DNA of 64,000 bases from Chrysomallon squamiferum (GCA_012295275.1 CM022678.1:2418001-2482000), one strand, 5' to 3'; shown: positions 37,680 to 51,619, numbered from the stretch's first letter. A program made the numbers and translations. Notes: a model not told the origin generated them from the letters alone.

Positions 37680-39670
37680 AGTGACGTCACAGGGTAACAA
37701 GAGTAATACACTGTATTGAAATAAACGGGTGACCTAGAACGAACTGCAGTTAGAATTACATAGACAAGTTTAAACATGAGACATCTGCGTGTTACTCTTG
37801 TGACATTTATTCACATTACAGGTAAAAAATTGTAACTGGACATAAAAAATAAAATAAAATAAAGTAATAATTAAAAAAAGGTGAAGAGGGACTAAAGGTT
37901 TTAGAATAAAATTGTTTACAATAGTTAAAATAACGTTTTCAAGGGTTTTGTATGTTTGTGCGTGTATGTGCGTGTGTATACACATATGTGTGTGTTTGTA
38001 TGTATATATATGTGTGTGTTTATTTATGTGTGTATTTGCATATGTGTGTGTGTCGTACATTTTATATCAAAGGACATTTGATTCTTAGTGTAATAAAATT
38101 CTCTGAAAATCAAGAATAACAACATTGAATCTGATTTTCTCTTTCAAGAGTCAGTTTGAAGAAATTCGCAAATATAAATATTACAAATCAGATATGTAAA
38201 TCAGTTAGACATTTTATTTCCCGGAATATTTAATATTCTACAAACCGATATTACATAAAATAACATGTTCTACATCCCGGTACGATTAGAGGAAATTAGA
38301 GCGATCAGTCCCATTACGTGATGACGTCACGACTTCAGCTGTTTCGTAACAGTATTATTGTCAAACTTTGTTATGTGTAATGATAGGTCGCTCTAAACAA
38401 AGACATAATAACGGAAGTGTTAAGAATTTTACTAGAAAATATCTGTTCTTATTGACTCAGATTTACTTTAAAGTGGGAGAAACATTGGTGTTATATTGTT
38501 ATATTCAGTGTTCAGTATATACATATCAAATATTGTATCTGAAACGGGCATATAATAAATAAATAAATACAAGAAGAAAAGACTCAAATCAGTGAGATAC
38601 CAAACCCCGGCCTGCCCACCCCGTGGACGCTCCTGGACTTGTTGTCAAGACAACGAGATAAATACTCTGTACCCGAAGTAAACAGATTGCTTAGAATGAC
38701 TGATCCTATGATCACAAGAGATTTGCGTTTTACTGCTCTGAATAAGCTATTTATAGATAACTGTTACTTGATGAAAGGAGAAGAAAGAAGAGAATCGAAC
38801 GGTAATATGAAAGCTTTCAATATATAATTTAAGAGAGTTAAGCTTTTTCTTTACGTCCAATGTCATGTTCACTATAGTAATAATTAATGTTAAGCGTCAT
38901 GTTACCAGCGAAATACAAATAAAGAAATGAAGAAAGAAAGACAGAAAGAAGGAAAGAAAGAAACCGAAACAAATTAAATTTATCGGTTACTAAAAGATTA
39001 GTTTTTTCTTTACTTACTTTCAAGACTAAACATGAGAGATCTGTATGCTAGTCACATAACTTTTATTATTGTAGAAAATAATAACAAGACGTCCAAAAAG
39101 AAACTCAAATTATATCAAATTAAATAAATATAAATAAATAAATAAATGTGAAACGTATAACTGGATGAAAGGTTATTATATCAAATTATAGTTACGAGTT
39201 AGCATACTCATGACGGCTGAATGAAGACTAAAAGTAGAGTGATTGAGAAATAAAATAAATAAATAAACAATGTCTGCGCTAAACAGAATAAATCTTAATA
39301 TCAATAATAATAATTGTGTGTGTGTTATAAATCTATTGGCCATGACATAAGGTAGTAAATTTAAAATAATTAACATCCAGGCACGATTTATTTACTGTAA
39401 GAAACGATATATTGCACCCCATAGTATACAGCGTATATTCGAGCAAGTATACAAACTAGTTTGAAAGGCGTGCTATATTTAGAACTGATTTGTAAAGCTG
39501 CAGACATTGTCACCAAGTAAACAGTAAAACCTGTGACGTCACGTCTTACAAAAATATCACCTGACGTGTCTAAGCAAACGATTCACAGAGCGAGCAGACG
39601 GCACAGAATGTGTGTCAGTTTGTTAGTTGAAAAGATTCGGGTTTTACTTCGATTTCGATTAGAGGTAGGC
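37680..39670 (+). promoter_or_regulatory. Candidate regulatory region and first exon upstream of gene B
   Basis: TGACGTCA at 37682, 38322 and 39534; TTCCCGGAA 38218-38226; ACGGAAGTG at 38411; GAAACCGAAAC 38960-38970; TCAGTT 39615-39620 followed by the donor GAG|GTAGGC at 39664/39665. Confidence 0.45.
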
Positions 39671-40282
39671 AAACTTAAACTATACTGCTTTTAGTAGTGA
39701 CTGTTGATTGTTTATGTAAAACATTAAAAATTTTCTATGCTAATCCGAAACTCACATTTCTTTTCAGTTTTCATTTTTTTTATTAAAGGTATGACCAAAT
39801 AAAATTATAATATTTCTATTTAATTAATTTGTACATAAAACAATAAGCATATGAAGAAAAAGTGTATTATCGTCTGGTATATTTAGTATAGGTCATGGCC
39901 GTAACTGCACTGAGGCAAGTGCCTCATACCGAAAAAAAAAAATATATATATATATTTTTTTTTTTTATATACCAAAATTTATTTTAAAAAATATAAAACA
40001 TAAATGTCTATTCCAATAGACACAATATTCAATAAATTAATTTCATGATCCTGTAAGTGTGCCAGAAACAGGCCTGACATCGGACAAGTTTCGCCTCCAA
40101 ACGCAGTGACCGATAATTTGCGCTGTATAAAAAGGCCTAAGTTTTAGAAGGGCACAAAAATGGTAACTGTTCAATCCACAGAAAGAAATTCGATGCTGGT
40201 TTATAAAAAGTCAGAGTTCAGAAATTATTTTATGTTGTCAACATATTTTCAAAGTAAAAGTTCACTGATCCCAGGATACTTA

Positions 40283-40501
40283 CCAGAATATTTACCCGCT
40301 TTGCGTTAACTGAAAAATTATATATGAGACGAGACTAAACAAAACAGAAGCTGTTTCACAGATGTTCACGGCGTTGTGAGAAGAAGGCATATCCCCCTCC
40401 TTTAAGAATTGAAAACGTTGTCGTTATATAATATGTCGAGAATTAACTGACAACTTGTTTGCTACTAAGCTGGACCAAGCCACGCTTTGTAATATCATAG
40501 A
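40283..40501 (-). mobile_element. Possible non-autonomous Helitron-like element
   Basis: The minus strand reads A|TCTATG...CTGG|T (TC...CTRR between A and T), with an imperfect hairpin (plus strand TTACCCGCTTTGCGTTAA) just inside the 3' end. Confidence 0.45.
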
Positions 40502-43347
40502 TTAATGCTTTTATTCTTCATTACTGCAGACACTAATTAAAAAATGCAATGATTTTTGTGATAATGTTTTTTGGTTTATTTCCCCACTCGTTAACATTTT
40601 TATTCTTTCAGTTTTGAACAGAACTTCAATTAGATTTTATTAAATTTCAGTTTATAAAATAAAAGATTTTCAGTCTGTACGACTTGTTCTTTTATTTGAA
40701 TATATATATACTACTTGTATATTTAATGTTCAAAAATCATCTTTTAAATAAATAAAGAAACTATCTGTAAAAAATGTAGTTATGTAAGAGTATTAATGGT
40801 TGAATACTCTGTTATATATGTCAGCAGCCAATCACAGCAGAGGGAAGGAAATATGTCTGTACATTAATATGAAGTCATGAAGTGAACAAGTTTGAGAATG
40901 TAGCAGATTACTGAAAGCTTAAAATCGCAAATTCTGAGATTATGTTTATGCAAGCAAATACAAACGTTTGAGCGTGGGGAATTCTTGTAGAATCAAAATG
41001 ATAGAATCACTCTCATTTGAAGTATTGCTCACTGTTTTATAATTGTTTGAAAAATGAAAATTAACCAATTTCATATTTTGTATTAAATAAATAATACATT
41101 TAAAAAAATAATAATTTAAGAATCATATTGAATACAAATAAATATGAGCAGTTATAATTGAAAGTGTGGTCTACTGAAAAATTCAGTGTTAAATTATCTA
41201 TTTGTTTAAATTGAACAGAAAAGAGTGACACCTTCTCTAAATCCTTTGCAATATTTACCTGGAAAAATGTTGAGCACTTGGAAATATTTTACTATGACTA
41301 AAAAAACAAGTGTTGCAAAGGCTGGTAAATAAGCTGAGAAAAATGAATTTGTTTTGTAACATCAAGCCACTGGCAATAAGAAAATGGAACAAATGTGTTA
41401 GACTTCAGATTTCTTTACATCACAGTATTATCACATAATCACTTCAAAATAATTTGCAGAGTTCATAAAGCAGGAACAAAATGTTAGTTTGAGTCTCAGA
41501 TTACATCTGTGATTAAAGGTTCAGTAACAAGTAAACTGCTACATGGTTCTGTGTGACTGACTACACTGTCTCTCTCCTCCCTGTATTTACATTTTTATTT
41601 TGTGGGTGTGGCAGCTACTGTGACTCAAATAATGCCCCAAATATGCTCCAGTGCATGACTAGTCAAGACAGAATTGCTAAAGCTTTGTTTTGCATTCTGT
41701 CAGACACTTTAAGTATTTATAGCTGATAGGTGAGTATATTGCAGTTTGAGAAAATCAGTGAAATCATTTGTAACTGACATTCAGAATCATGGAACATCAT
41801 TCTGTTGTAATTACCTGTCACATGTTGTCACTCATTATCTCAGAGTTTAAATTTTCTCCATTTGTATTATTTATATTATTTACTGCAATAGACAAAAGTA
41901 AGAATATAACTAAATAAAACTATTATATTATCTATGCATTTAATTTGTTTATGTAACATAATTTAGTAAGACAACCGAGTGTAATTTTGAATCTTGATTC
42001 AAATGTGATTGTTCTACATGTTTTAAACACTATTTGCAAATTGTGTGTGGTTTTCAAAGAAGCAACAGGAAGTTCTAAAATTCAACCTGAATTTGTTTTC
42101 CATTCTCGACAAGATAAATATGTCTGTAGATTTTTCATTAACAGTATTGTGATCACTTGTATAACATAATTTTGTAGAATCCACATAAATAAGCATATAA
42201 CTTAACAAAATTATTCACGTTATGTTTTTATTTGTACTGTTTATATAACATAATGTTTTACAGTTGACAAAACCAAGAATTTAACTTTATAAAACTATTA
42301 ACATGTTGTTTGTATTTGTATGGCTTATATAACACAGATTAGTAACAGGACAGACAAGGCTTAAGGATTGATTCTGATGTTAAATGTAAGGTTATTTCTT
42401 TGATACCATGCATCAATCTGAATCCTGAACTATGTGAAATGACCCAGCTATAATTCTTCTACATGTTCAAAAGATTATTGTTTACTAATTATGCTATTTT
42501 TTACGATAACATTTTTTTAATTTATTTTTTGTTCACACTGAATGATTGAGCTTGAGTTAAAAATTCATATCTTATAATGTGAGCTCCAGTGTATTCAAAT
42601 CTGTACTCATGACTGGCCAAGGCAGAATTGTTAAAGCTTTGTTTTGGACTCTGTCGGACAGTTAAATATTTATAGCTGTTATGTGAATATGCTGCAGTTT
42701 CAGAAAAACAGAGTGATATGGTACCCTGGTCTGTCACAGTGAAATCAGTTGTAACAGTCATTCAAAAACAAGGAACATCATTCTGTTGTTAATCATCACA
42801 AAGTTGTAATTACTTGTCACATGTTCTTACTCATTATCTCAGTGCTTAACTTTTCTCCAGGTGTATATTTGTGACATTTTTGTTTGTAGTGTTTATAATT
42901 TTAATTACTAAATTGACAAAACAAAGAATCTAACTCAATGAAACTATTCTGATAATTCTGTACATTTATATTGATTACATAACATAATTTATGTATATAG
43001 GTTTACGTGTAAGTTATTCTGATATTACTAGTGTAAATCATGAATTATTGAACTCACCCAACTATGATTCTTCTACATGTTTTAAACATTATTATTTGCA
43101 GTTTGTCAATGGTTTTCAAACAAATGAAAGGAAAATTTAAATCAACCATGAAAATGTGTACCCATTTTCAATAAGACAAATCTGTCTATCACTTACTTAA
43201 CTGAATTCTGATGATATGGATTCTTGTTCAGTGCATGGATTTAGTTCATTTGCAGTGATTTCTGAAAACTGATTTTACCATTTATATTTGTAATGTTTAT
43301 AAAAAGTATAAATAGTCCAGTAAATCTCTGTGTTTTTTAGGTTGACT

Positions 43348-43466
43348 ATGTCTACTCGACAAAGCAGCAGAATAGCTGAGAAACACAGCAACCCAAAGTC
43401 AGAATGTTTCTCACTCAGCCTATCAACACCCCCTAAAAAGAAGAGGAAAATCGAATCCAGTACATG
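43348..43466 (+). CDS. Gene B first coding exon (exon from 43341): MSTRQSSRIAEKHSNPKSECFSLSLSTPPKKKRKIESST
   Basis: TTTTTTAG acceptor, TG|GTAAGA donor, 126-nt phase 2-2 exon. Homologous to the gene A cassette exons. Confidence 0.75.
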
Positions 43467-43966
43467 GTAAGAGTAATTAATTAGAAGTAAGTTTTTACAT
43501 AACAACTTTGTGAAAATTGTGTTGTCATAAGTATTTTTAGATAAGATAATCTAACACCTGTATTAAAAATATTAGGACATTTATTAAAACCTTTTTATTT
43601 CATTACTTTTATGAAATGTTCCAGGCATATGTTTAATAACAAAAGTTGAGAATACAGTCTATAAGTATAAGGCAAAGACTAGTGTTAATACAAGGAACTA
43701 GGTCTTTGGGTCGATTCCTCCTGGTGTAATCTTGAGCTGTTTCTTTTTAGCAGTACTCAACAGCTGATGTGTTAAATAGTATGGATGTCTGTGGGTAGGT
43801 GTAAATGAAATATCACTTGTGGTTAATAAGAAAATGTAGACTGTGAAGTGACAGCAGAGGTTTTATTCTTTTCCTTAAACATATGATTCACCAAATAACT
43901 GTAAGTAAAATGAGTTAAATAACAATTTTTTTCTTCCTTAAAAAATCATTATACCATTTTTAACAG

Positions 43967-44166
43967 GTCAGCCATTATTAATGACAAAAACAAGAGTTCA
44001 GAAGATTGTTCTAACCTCACACCTGTTCCTTCCTCAGAGTCACTGACAGCTGTTTCTCTCGCAAAAAATATCAGTCGTGTACCTCTATCTGACATGACGT
44101 CTCCGTCTTCCAATGGCATCACAAATACAGAACGTTGTTTACAACAACCTGTGTCAACCAGCTCTG
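43967..44166 (+). CDS. Gene B Ser/Pro/Thr-rich linker exon
   Basis: TTTTAACAG acceptor, G|GTAATA donor, 200 nt, phase 2-1, open. Confidence 0.75.
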
Positions 44167-44560
44167 GTAATACACACAATTTTTCAATATATTATTTATT
44201 TTATTAATGTTAAATTCTGACATATTATTTACTTGTGTGTTAGACATTATGTGCTTTTTGTTTCACAGATAAAAACAGTAAAGCAAAATATACTGTTGTT
44301 ACTGTTTGATTATTTCATTAAGACCATTATAGTTATTCTTGTATTTTCTGTTATATATTTTTATACTGTAAAGTTATATTTATTTCATAGTACCTACACA
44401 TAATCAGTTAAAACCTTTTAACATATATTGTTATATTCAGTAATACTGTTAACAAATAACAGATTGTATTAATACTGTATGCTGTCCAGATAACATTTTT
44501 TTTAAATTCTCCTTGTGAGTTATAAATTTAAAAAAACAAATTATTTATTCTATTTCATAG

Positions 44561-44644
44561 ATAGACAAATAATATGCGTACAATCAACAGTGAACATATC
44601 TGTTTCTGAAGATGGTGATTTAGGAATCGACAATTATTTAAGTA
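44561..44644 (+). CDS. Gene B exon (RQIICVQSTVNISVSEDGDLGIDNYLS)
   Basis: TTTCATAG acceptor, A|GTAAGT donor, 84 nt, phase 1-1. Confidence 0.65.
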
Positions 44645-45720
44645 GTAAGTTGAAAACTGAAACTTTTCTTTTTCTCTACATGTTTTATATATATCAGAAA
44701 ACACATCAGGTTGTTATTACTATTTTTCTGTTTCCGAGATATATATATATATATATATCTTGGAAGCCGACTAAGTTATAGTAGTTTCTTATATTGATGT
44801 CACCAAGTCATCACAAGAAACGTGCTTGTTAAAAATCCTTAAAAACATCCCGAGAAGCCTGCAATAGAATACCCAACCAATAACTTGCTGAAACATTCAG
44901 AAATGTTATGTCATAGAACAGCAGGAGTCAAAACTATGAAAATGTATGTGTCCAGATTCTAAAAGGCATTGTCAGTGACAGATTAAAAACAGCCTGTAGA
45001 AGAAATACTTAGTAGAAGTATCAATGTTACTAATAATGTGAAGAGCAATATTTCATATCATGATTCAGAATTAAAAAGTACACATGCACTAAGATGGTAA
45101 TGTTTGTACATCTATCTATCTGCCTACCTATCGACCTATCTATCTATCTAGTCTAATATAATCTATCTATATCTGTCTGTCTATCTTTCTGTCTGTCTAT
45201 CTATCTATATATTTTATGTAAACTTGATTGAGGTTTTGTCCTGTTTTGGCGCACATATTCTTGCTGGATGTAACCTAAAACAGCAGTGAACTACACAAGT
45301 AAAAGGTAATTAACAGACAAGTTGACATCACCAAGCTCACTTAGTAAAGGTTTACAAGTCATTTTACTGCAGTGCTGACCTTCTACCAACTACAGAGCTA
45401 CATTTTACCATGACAAAACTACATATTTTTCATTAAATCAAACACTGTCTAAAATGTTTGATATCCATTAATGTTACCCTGAATACGAAGCACATTTGGT
45501 ACATGTGACCTGTCTCAACCAACAACAGCAAACATAGCAAGAGAGAATAGTTTGTTTTCTAAAATGTTCAGCTTGTGAGTCAATGAAAATGATAAAAGAC
45601 AAAAGATCTTCCTGATCTTTTTGGTGTGAAACAAAATATATTATGCAAGGATCCTGTGATTGGATATTCTCTGCAATTAGAAAGTTTTTCTCACCTTTGT
45701 TTACCTTTGTATTTAGCCAC

Positions 45721-45936
45721 GTGAATATGCATGTTTTAGCATTTTTAACACGGATGTTCTGATGCAGTGGTGGTCAGTTGTTATTTTATTTATGTATTTA
45801 TGTTTACCTAATCTCCATTTAACAATATGTCAGAATCTCCATTAGGTAAACATAAATACATAAATAAAATAACAACTGACCACCACTGCATCAGAACATC
45901 CGTGTTAATTAAAAAAGCTAAAACATGCATATTCAC
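45721..45936. repeat. Long inverted repeat in a gene B intron
   Basis: 68-bp perfect arms (45745-45812 / 45841-45908), 20-bp perfect outer arms, 28-nt spacer. Confidence 0.95.
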
Positions 45937-46205
45937 CATTGTTCTAGAAACAAGATCATTTTTTCAAAATCAGGCTATACGTTTGTTTCTCATTTAGCAA
46001 TATCTGGTGACAAATGCAAAAACATGCGCATGCAAACACACACACGCACATATACAAATGATGTTTAATATATTGGTATATTCAGTAATACTGTTAACAT
46101 TATTACTACTGTATGCTACCACAGCTGTACATATAGGTACCGACATTTCTAGAAATAACACTGATGGGCTGTGATTTTAAATAATTTATTTTTCTATGTT
46201 TGCAG

Positions 46206-46241
46206 CAACACAACCTGTGGTAGATGAAGCTGATGAAACCA
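46206..46241 (+). CDS. Gene B 36-nt microexon (TQPVVDEADET)
   Basis: TTTGCAG acceptor, A|GTAAGT donor, phase 1-1. The flanks and QPVV match gene A exon 10273. Confidence 0.65.
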
Positions 46242-47105
46242 GTAAGTTAAAAACTGAAACATACTTAATACATAACAGAACTAAATACTTCCATATTTAT
46301 AAAACGTCACCATGTTGTGGAATCACCCACTTGTCATTTCTTTTTTTAGTCCCAGAACCAGAACTTGAACTTCTCACCCCATCTCAAAGCCATAGATATA
46401 CGTTTCCTATGGCTGCTAATTAAACTAACCTTAAATTTAAATATGCATATTCACTTATTTTCCAGTTAAACAGTTAGTAAAAGAAATATATCACAGATAA
46501 CCAGGTTTTATGTTAAGCAATGATGAGATTATCTCATTTCATAATAACATATATCTGCACATATGAACGCAGAGACAATAAATTAGCAACATTAAACATG
46601 CACGCACTTATGTGCACATACACACACACAGTATAGAATACATATTCAAAAAGAATAATAATACCAGCAATAACAGTAAATAACAGCAGTGATAAAAAAT
46701 ATCACTGAAATTAATAGTAGTTGTTCTAATTATATAAATTCAATAACAGAAACATAATAATATAATATTTAGTGTTCCATGAATAATTAAACAGATAATT
46801 TAAATCATTAGTAACAAAAACTTACTTGGAGTTTTTGGTTGTTTTTTCCTACTATTTCAGCAAAGATTGATAGATGAGCATTGTTTTCAAAGATATTCGT
46901 TACTTTTTGCACCATCCAAAATTGTGACATTTTATAATCTTTGTTATATTCTGATGAACAAAAAGTATGACAACCAAATTGCTGCTTTATTTTAAAAATG
47001 TGATACCTGATAACCAGTTAAAAAGTATATTATTTATGTTTAAAATTTAAAATATGCTCTAAACAGTTACTAACAAAATCTTTTTTTTTTATTGTTGTGA
47101 TTTAG

Positions 47106-50100
47106 ATTTTCCCAGGTTAGCATTAGACTCAGTTGACAGACGTGTCTATGTTCAAACAAGAGCAGAAGAAAGAGGTGTTGCACTTTTGAAGAAGCATGGT
47201 GTTGTGATTATAGTAGGATGTCCAGGTTCAGGAAAGACAACTCTAGCTTTGATCATGATGAGACAGATAGAAAATGAAGAAAAAAGAGAATCTTACTCAC
47301 TGACTCAAGCCTCTGAATTCAGTGAGATCTCTCTATCTAGAAATAAGAAATGTGTTGTTCTCATTGATGATATATTTGGTAAGACTAATCTTGTTTCACA
47401 TTTTATAGACTCATGGAAACTGAAATTTCCAAAGATATGGAATCTTGTTCAGAATGGTTCTGTGAAATGTATTATTACTTTAAGAAAACAAATATTTTCA
47501 GAAACTGAAATAAGTCTGAAGGAATTTGATCTGTTTAATGAGAAACATGTTCTTGATCTGCAGAGGGATGACTGTTGTTTAAATTATGATGAAAAGTTTG
47601 AAATTCTAAACAAATATCTCAAAGAAAAGCATGTTACAATGGATGACAATGATAAATACACTGTCATTTACAGTCCATATAAACAGTTAGGATTTCCTCG
47701 GGTGTGTGCATATTATGTTAGTTCAAGTGATGCACAAAAAAGAGGAATTCAGTGTTTTGAGAAACCTGTAGAATATCTCGGACAACAGCTGGAATATTTG
47801 AAAAATGACAGATCTTCACAGATCAACTACCTGGTTCTACTGCTGATCTTGTTCCAACAAGGCAGTCTCAGCATTGATTCACTGGACCCATCTGAAAATG
47901 ACACTGACAGTGACATAATGAAATTAGTAAGACTGCTAGAGCGAGTCTGTCAGAGTCTAGAAAACACTGATCTTACAGAGATCAAGGAAACAGCTGATGC
48001 AATGTGTGGTACCTATTTGAAGTGTTGTGACAATAAATACACATTTATTCATCAGTCAGTGTTTGACTCTTTGTTTCTGATGTTTTCATCAAATTTTCCA
48101 AAGAAAGCAGCAGAATTGCTAGAAGTGTGTCCAGTTTCCATGTTGTTAGAATATGTTGTGACGCCTGGAGTGTCTAACAAAAGCCACATTACAATGACTG
48201 TGACACCTGACTGCTTTGATGTTCTTGCTCGTAGATTTACTGACTTGCTGGCATCAGACAATGCGAGAGAAATTATTTCACATCCATCACTGAAAGATGA
48301 AGAGTTTCTAGGATATCTCATGGAGGAAAAAAACTTTTATGGTAGGTTGTCTGAAATACTGCAACAGAGACTATATAAACATCAAAATGAATTTTCTTAT
48401 ATGTCATTTGTACATGTAGACACTGTCAATGAAATATTTTGCAATAGTTTATATATTTTTGACAATGAGTCAACATTTCATTCTAGTTACATGTGGTATT
48501 TGGAAGTTGAAGAGTGTTATATAAATTCTTCATATTTTGTAAGTGAGTGTATTGTGAACGGACTAAGAACACTGTCAAGATTTTTCACATCAAATCTCTG
48601 TAAAACAGAATTCATGTATCTGAAAAAAGAAGTTTTGGACATTTCTTGTTTGTTTGGTGATGAGGATGTTGTGAGAATGTTGCTAAAATCAGGTGTTATT
48701 CCAACATTTGATACATTCTGTGCAGCTGCTTCTTCAAGAGCAGACAGTGCTACCATACTCAAAGAACTGTTACAGTATAAAAAAGTTGTAACATTGGATC
48801 TGTGTTCTGACTTGTTACATATTTCAATTTGTTCAGGTAACATGAACATTGCCTGTCTGTTGGCTGAGATGATAAACAAAAAGAAACACAACAGTGAAAT
48901 CAAGGAAAAAGCTGTGAAACTGTTTTTGGTTAGATTTCATAGACAAGCAAAACTTTACACAAGCAACAAGTATTTGGAAAACTCAAAGAGTTATAAAGAT
49001 GTTGATGTAAGCCATCTATTTAAGAAACTTGTTACCTTTGATATAATAAACAAAACTAAAGACATTGCTATCATTGCTGCTTGTCAGAGTACTTCAAGTG
49101 TTATAAAAGAAATAGTAAAACTGAAGCCTGATTGTTTAAATGATGAGAACAGAGATAAAGTACTTTTAGCAGCAGCAATATGGGGATGTACTGATACAGT
49201 GAATTTTCTCATTGACCAGAGACGAAATGATACAGATGAGAACAACTGGAAGAAAGGTGAAGTACTGAAAGTGGCAGTGATGTTTAACAATGCAGATGTT
49301 GTTCAGTGTCTTCTTGATAAAGGAGCTGATCCTAATGTGAATGTAGCAGTTAAGGAGAAATTGATTCGGTTGTTTGAACAGGAAATTAGATTAAAAATGT
49401 TGTCTGATGACAAAACTAGATTTGAACTGTTGCCAGCTGTTAAAACTAGATTTGAACTATTGCCTCCAGACACACTTCTTCACATTTCAGTTCTGAGTGG
49501 TGACTTAGATATGATAAAATCACTGATAGAGAGAAAAGCTGATGTTAATGCAGTAAACAGTGAGGGAAAAACTCCACTTCATGAAGCTGTAAAAGCAGTG
49601 AAATACAGAAAGGAAATAGCTTCGTTGTTACTAGAAAATGGTGCTGATACTAACATAACAGATAAACAAAAGAATTCAACATTGCACATAGCTTGTCAAA
49701 TTGACGTAGATGTGGTGAAAGAAGTAATAAAAAAAGGTGTTGAAATAAATGCAGTTAACACTGAAGGTCAAACTGCTCTTTTTATATCTTTATTCTATAA
49801 CACACCAGAAATAACTTTATATTTACTGGAACATGGAGCTGATCCTAATTTAACAGACAATTGTAATAACTCCATTTTACAAAAAGCAGCTCAACATGGA
49901 TATAGAGAAATTGTGATAACACTGATTAAAAAAGGTGTTGATGTCAATATTAAAAACAGCCGAGGTGAAACTCCTCTTTTTACATCTGTCAAGTATGAAC
50001 AGGACATGGTAGTTTTGTATTTACTGGAACATGGAGCTGATCCTAATTTAACAGACAAAGATAACAATTCTCTTTTACACCTAGCAGCTAAACATGGAAA

Positions 50101-51619
50101 TATAGAAATTGTGATAACACTGACTGAAAAAGGTGCTGATGTAAATTTTAGAAACAATCAAGGTGAAACTCCTCTTTTTGCAGCTCTTAAGTATGATGAG
50201 AACAAAGTAGTTTTGTATTTACTGGAACATGGAGCTGATGCTAATTTAACAGACAAAGATAACAATTCTGTTTTACACCTAGCAGCTAAGCATGGAAGAA
50301 TCGAAATTGTGAGAGCACTGATTGAAAAAGATATTGATCTAAATATTAAAAACAGTTCAGGTGAAACTCCTCTTTTTACAGCTGTTAACTATGAACAGAA
50401 CAAAGTAGTTTTATATTTACTGGAACATGGAGCTTATCCTAATTTAATAGACAATGATAAGAATTCTGTTTTACACACAGCAGCTAGATGTGCAAATATC
50501 AAAATTGTAACAGCACTCATTGAAAAAGGTTTTGATGTAAATGTTAAAAATTGTAGAGGTGAAACTCCTCTTTTTGCAGCTGTTAAGTATGAACAGAACA
50601 AAGTAGTTTTGTTTTTACTTGAGCATGGAGCTGATCCTAATTTAACAGACCATGATGACAAATCTGTTTTACACCAAGCAGCTGAAGAAGGAAATACAGA
50701 AATTGTGAGAGCACTGATTGAAAAAGGTGTTGATCTAAATATTGAAAATAGTCGAGGTGAAACTGTTCTTTTCACATCTGTTAAGTATGAACAGAACAAA
50801 GTAGCTTTTTATTTACTGGAGCATGGAGCTGATATCGATACAATAGACAATGACAACAATTGTGTTTTACACCTAGCAGCTAAACATGGAAATATGGAAA
50901 TCGTGACAGCACTGATTGAAAAAGGTGTAGATATAAATATTAAAAACTGTCAAGGGGAAGCTCCTCTTTTCTCAGCTCTCAACTACTACGGAAGTCATTT
51001 TTGCAAACATCCAGATGTGTATTCTTGTACGAGTAAAATATTGTTGTATTTACTGGAAAATGGAGCTGATCCTCATTTAACAGACAATGATAACAATTCT
51101 GTTTTACACCTAGCAGCTAAACATGGAAATATTGAAATCATGACAGCACTGATTGAAAAAGGTGTAGATATAAATATTAAAAACTGTCAAGGGGAAACTC
51201 CTCTTTTCTCAGCTCTCGACTACTACGGACGTCATTTTTGCAAACATCCAGATGTGTATTCTTGTATGAGTAAAATATCGTTGTATTTACTGGAACATGG
51301 AGCTGATCCTAATTTAACAGACAATGATAACAATTCTGTTTTACACCTAGCAGCTAAACATGGAAATATAGAAATCGTGACAGCACTGATTGAAAAAGGT
51401 GTAGATATAAATATTAAAAACTGTCAAGGGGAAGCTCCTCTTTTCTCAGCTCTCGACTACTACGGACGTCATTTTTGCAAACATCCAGATGTGTATTCTT
51501 GTATGAGTAAAATATCGTTGTATTTACTGGAACATGGAGCTGATCCTAATTTAACAGACAATGATAACAATTCTGTTTTACACCTAGCAAAACATGGAAA
51601 TATAGAAATCCAGCACTGA
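47106..51619 (+). CDS. Gene B terminal exon: STAND (nSTAND3-like) NTPase plus ankyrin repeats
   Basis: 1477-aa ORF extended to the acceptor TTTAG|, which is homologous to the gene A acceptor. Walker A at 47216-47239, VVLIDDIFG, FIHQSVFD, long ankyrin array. Confidence 0.92.
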
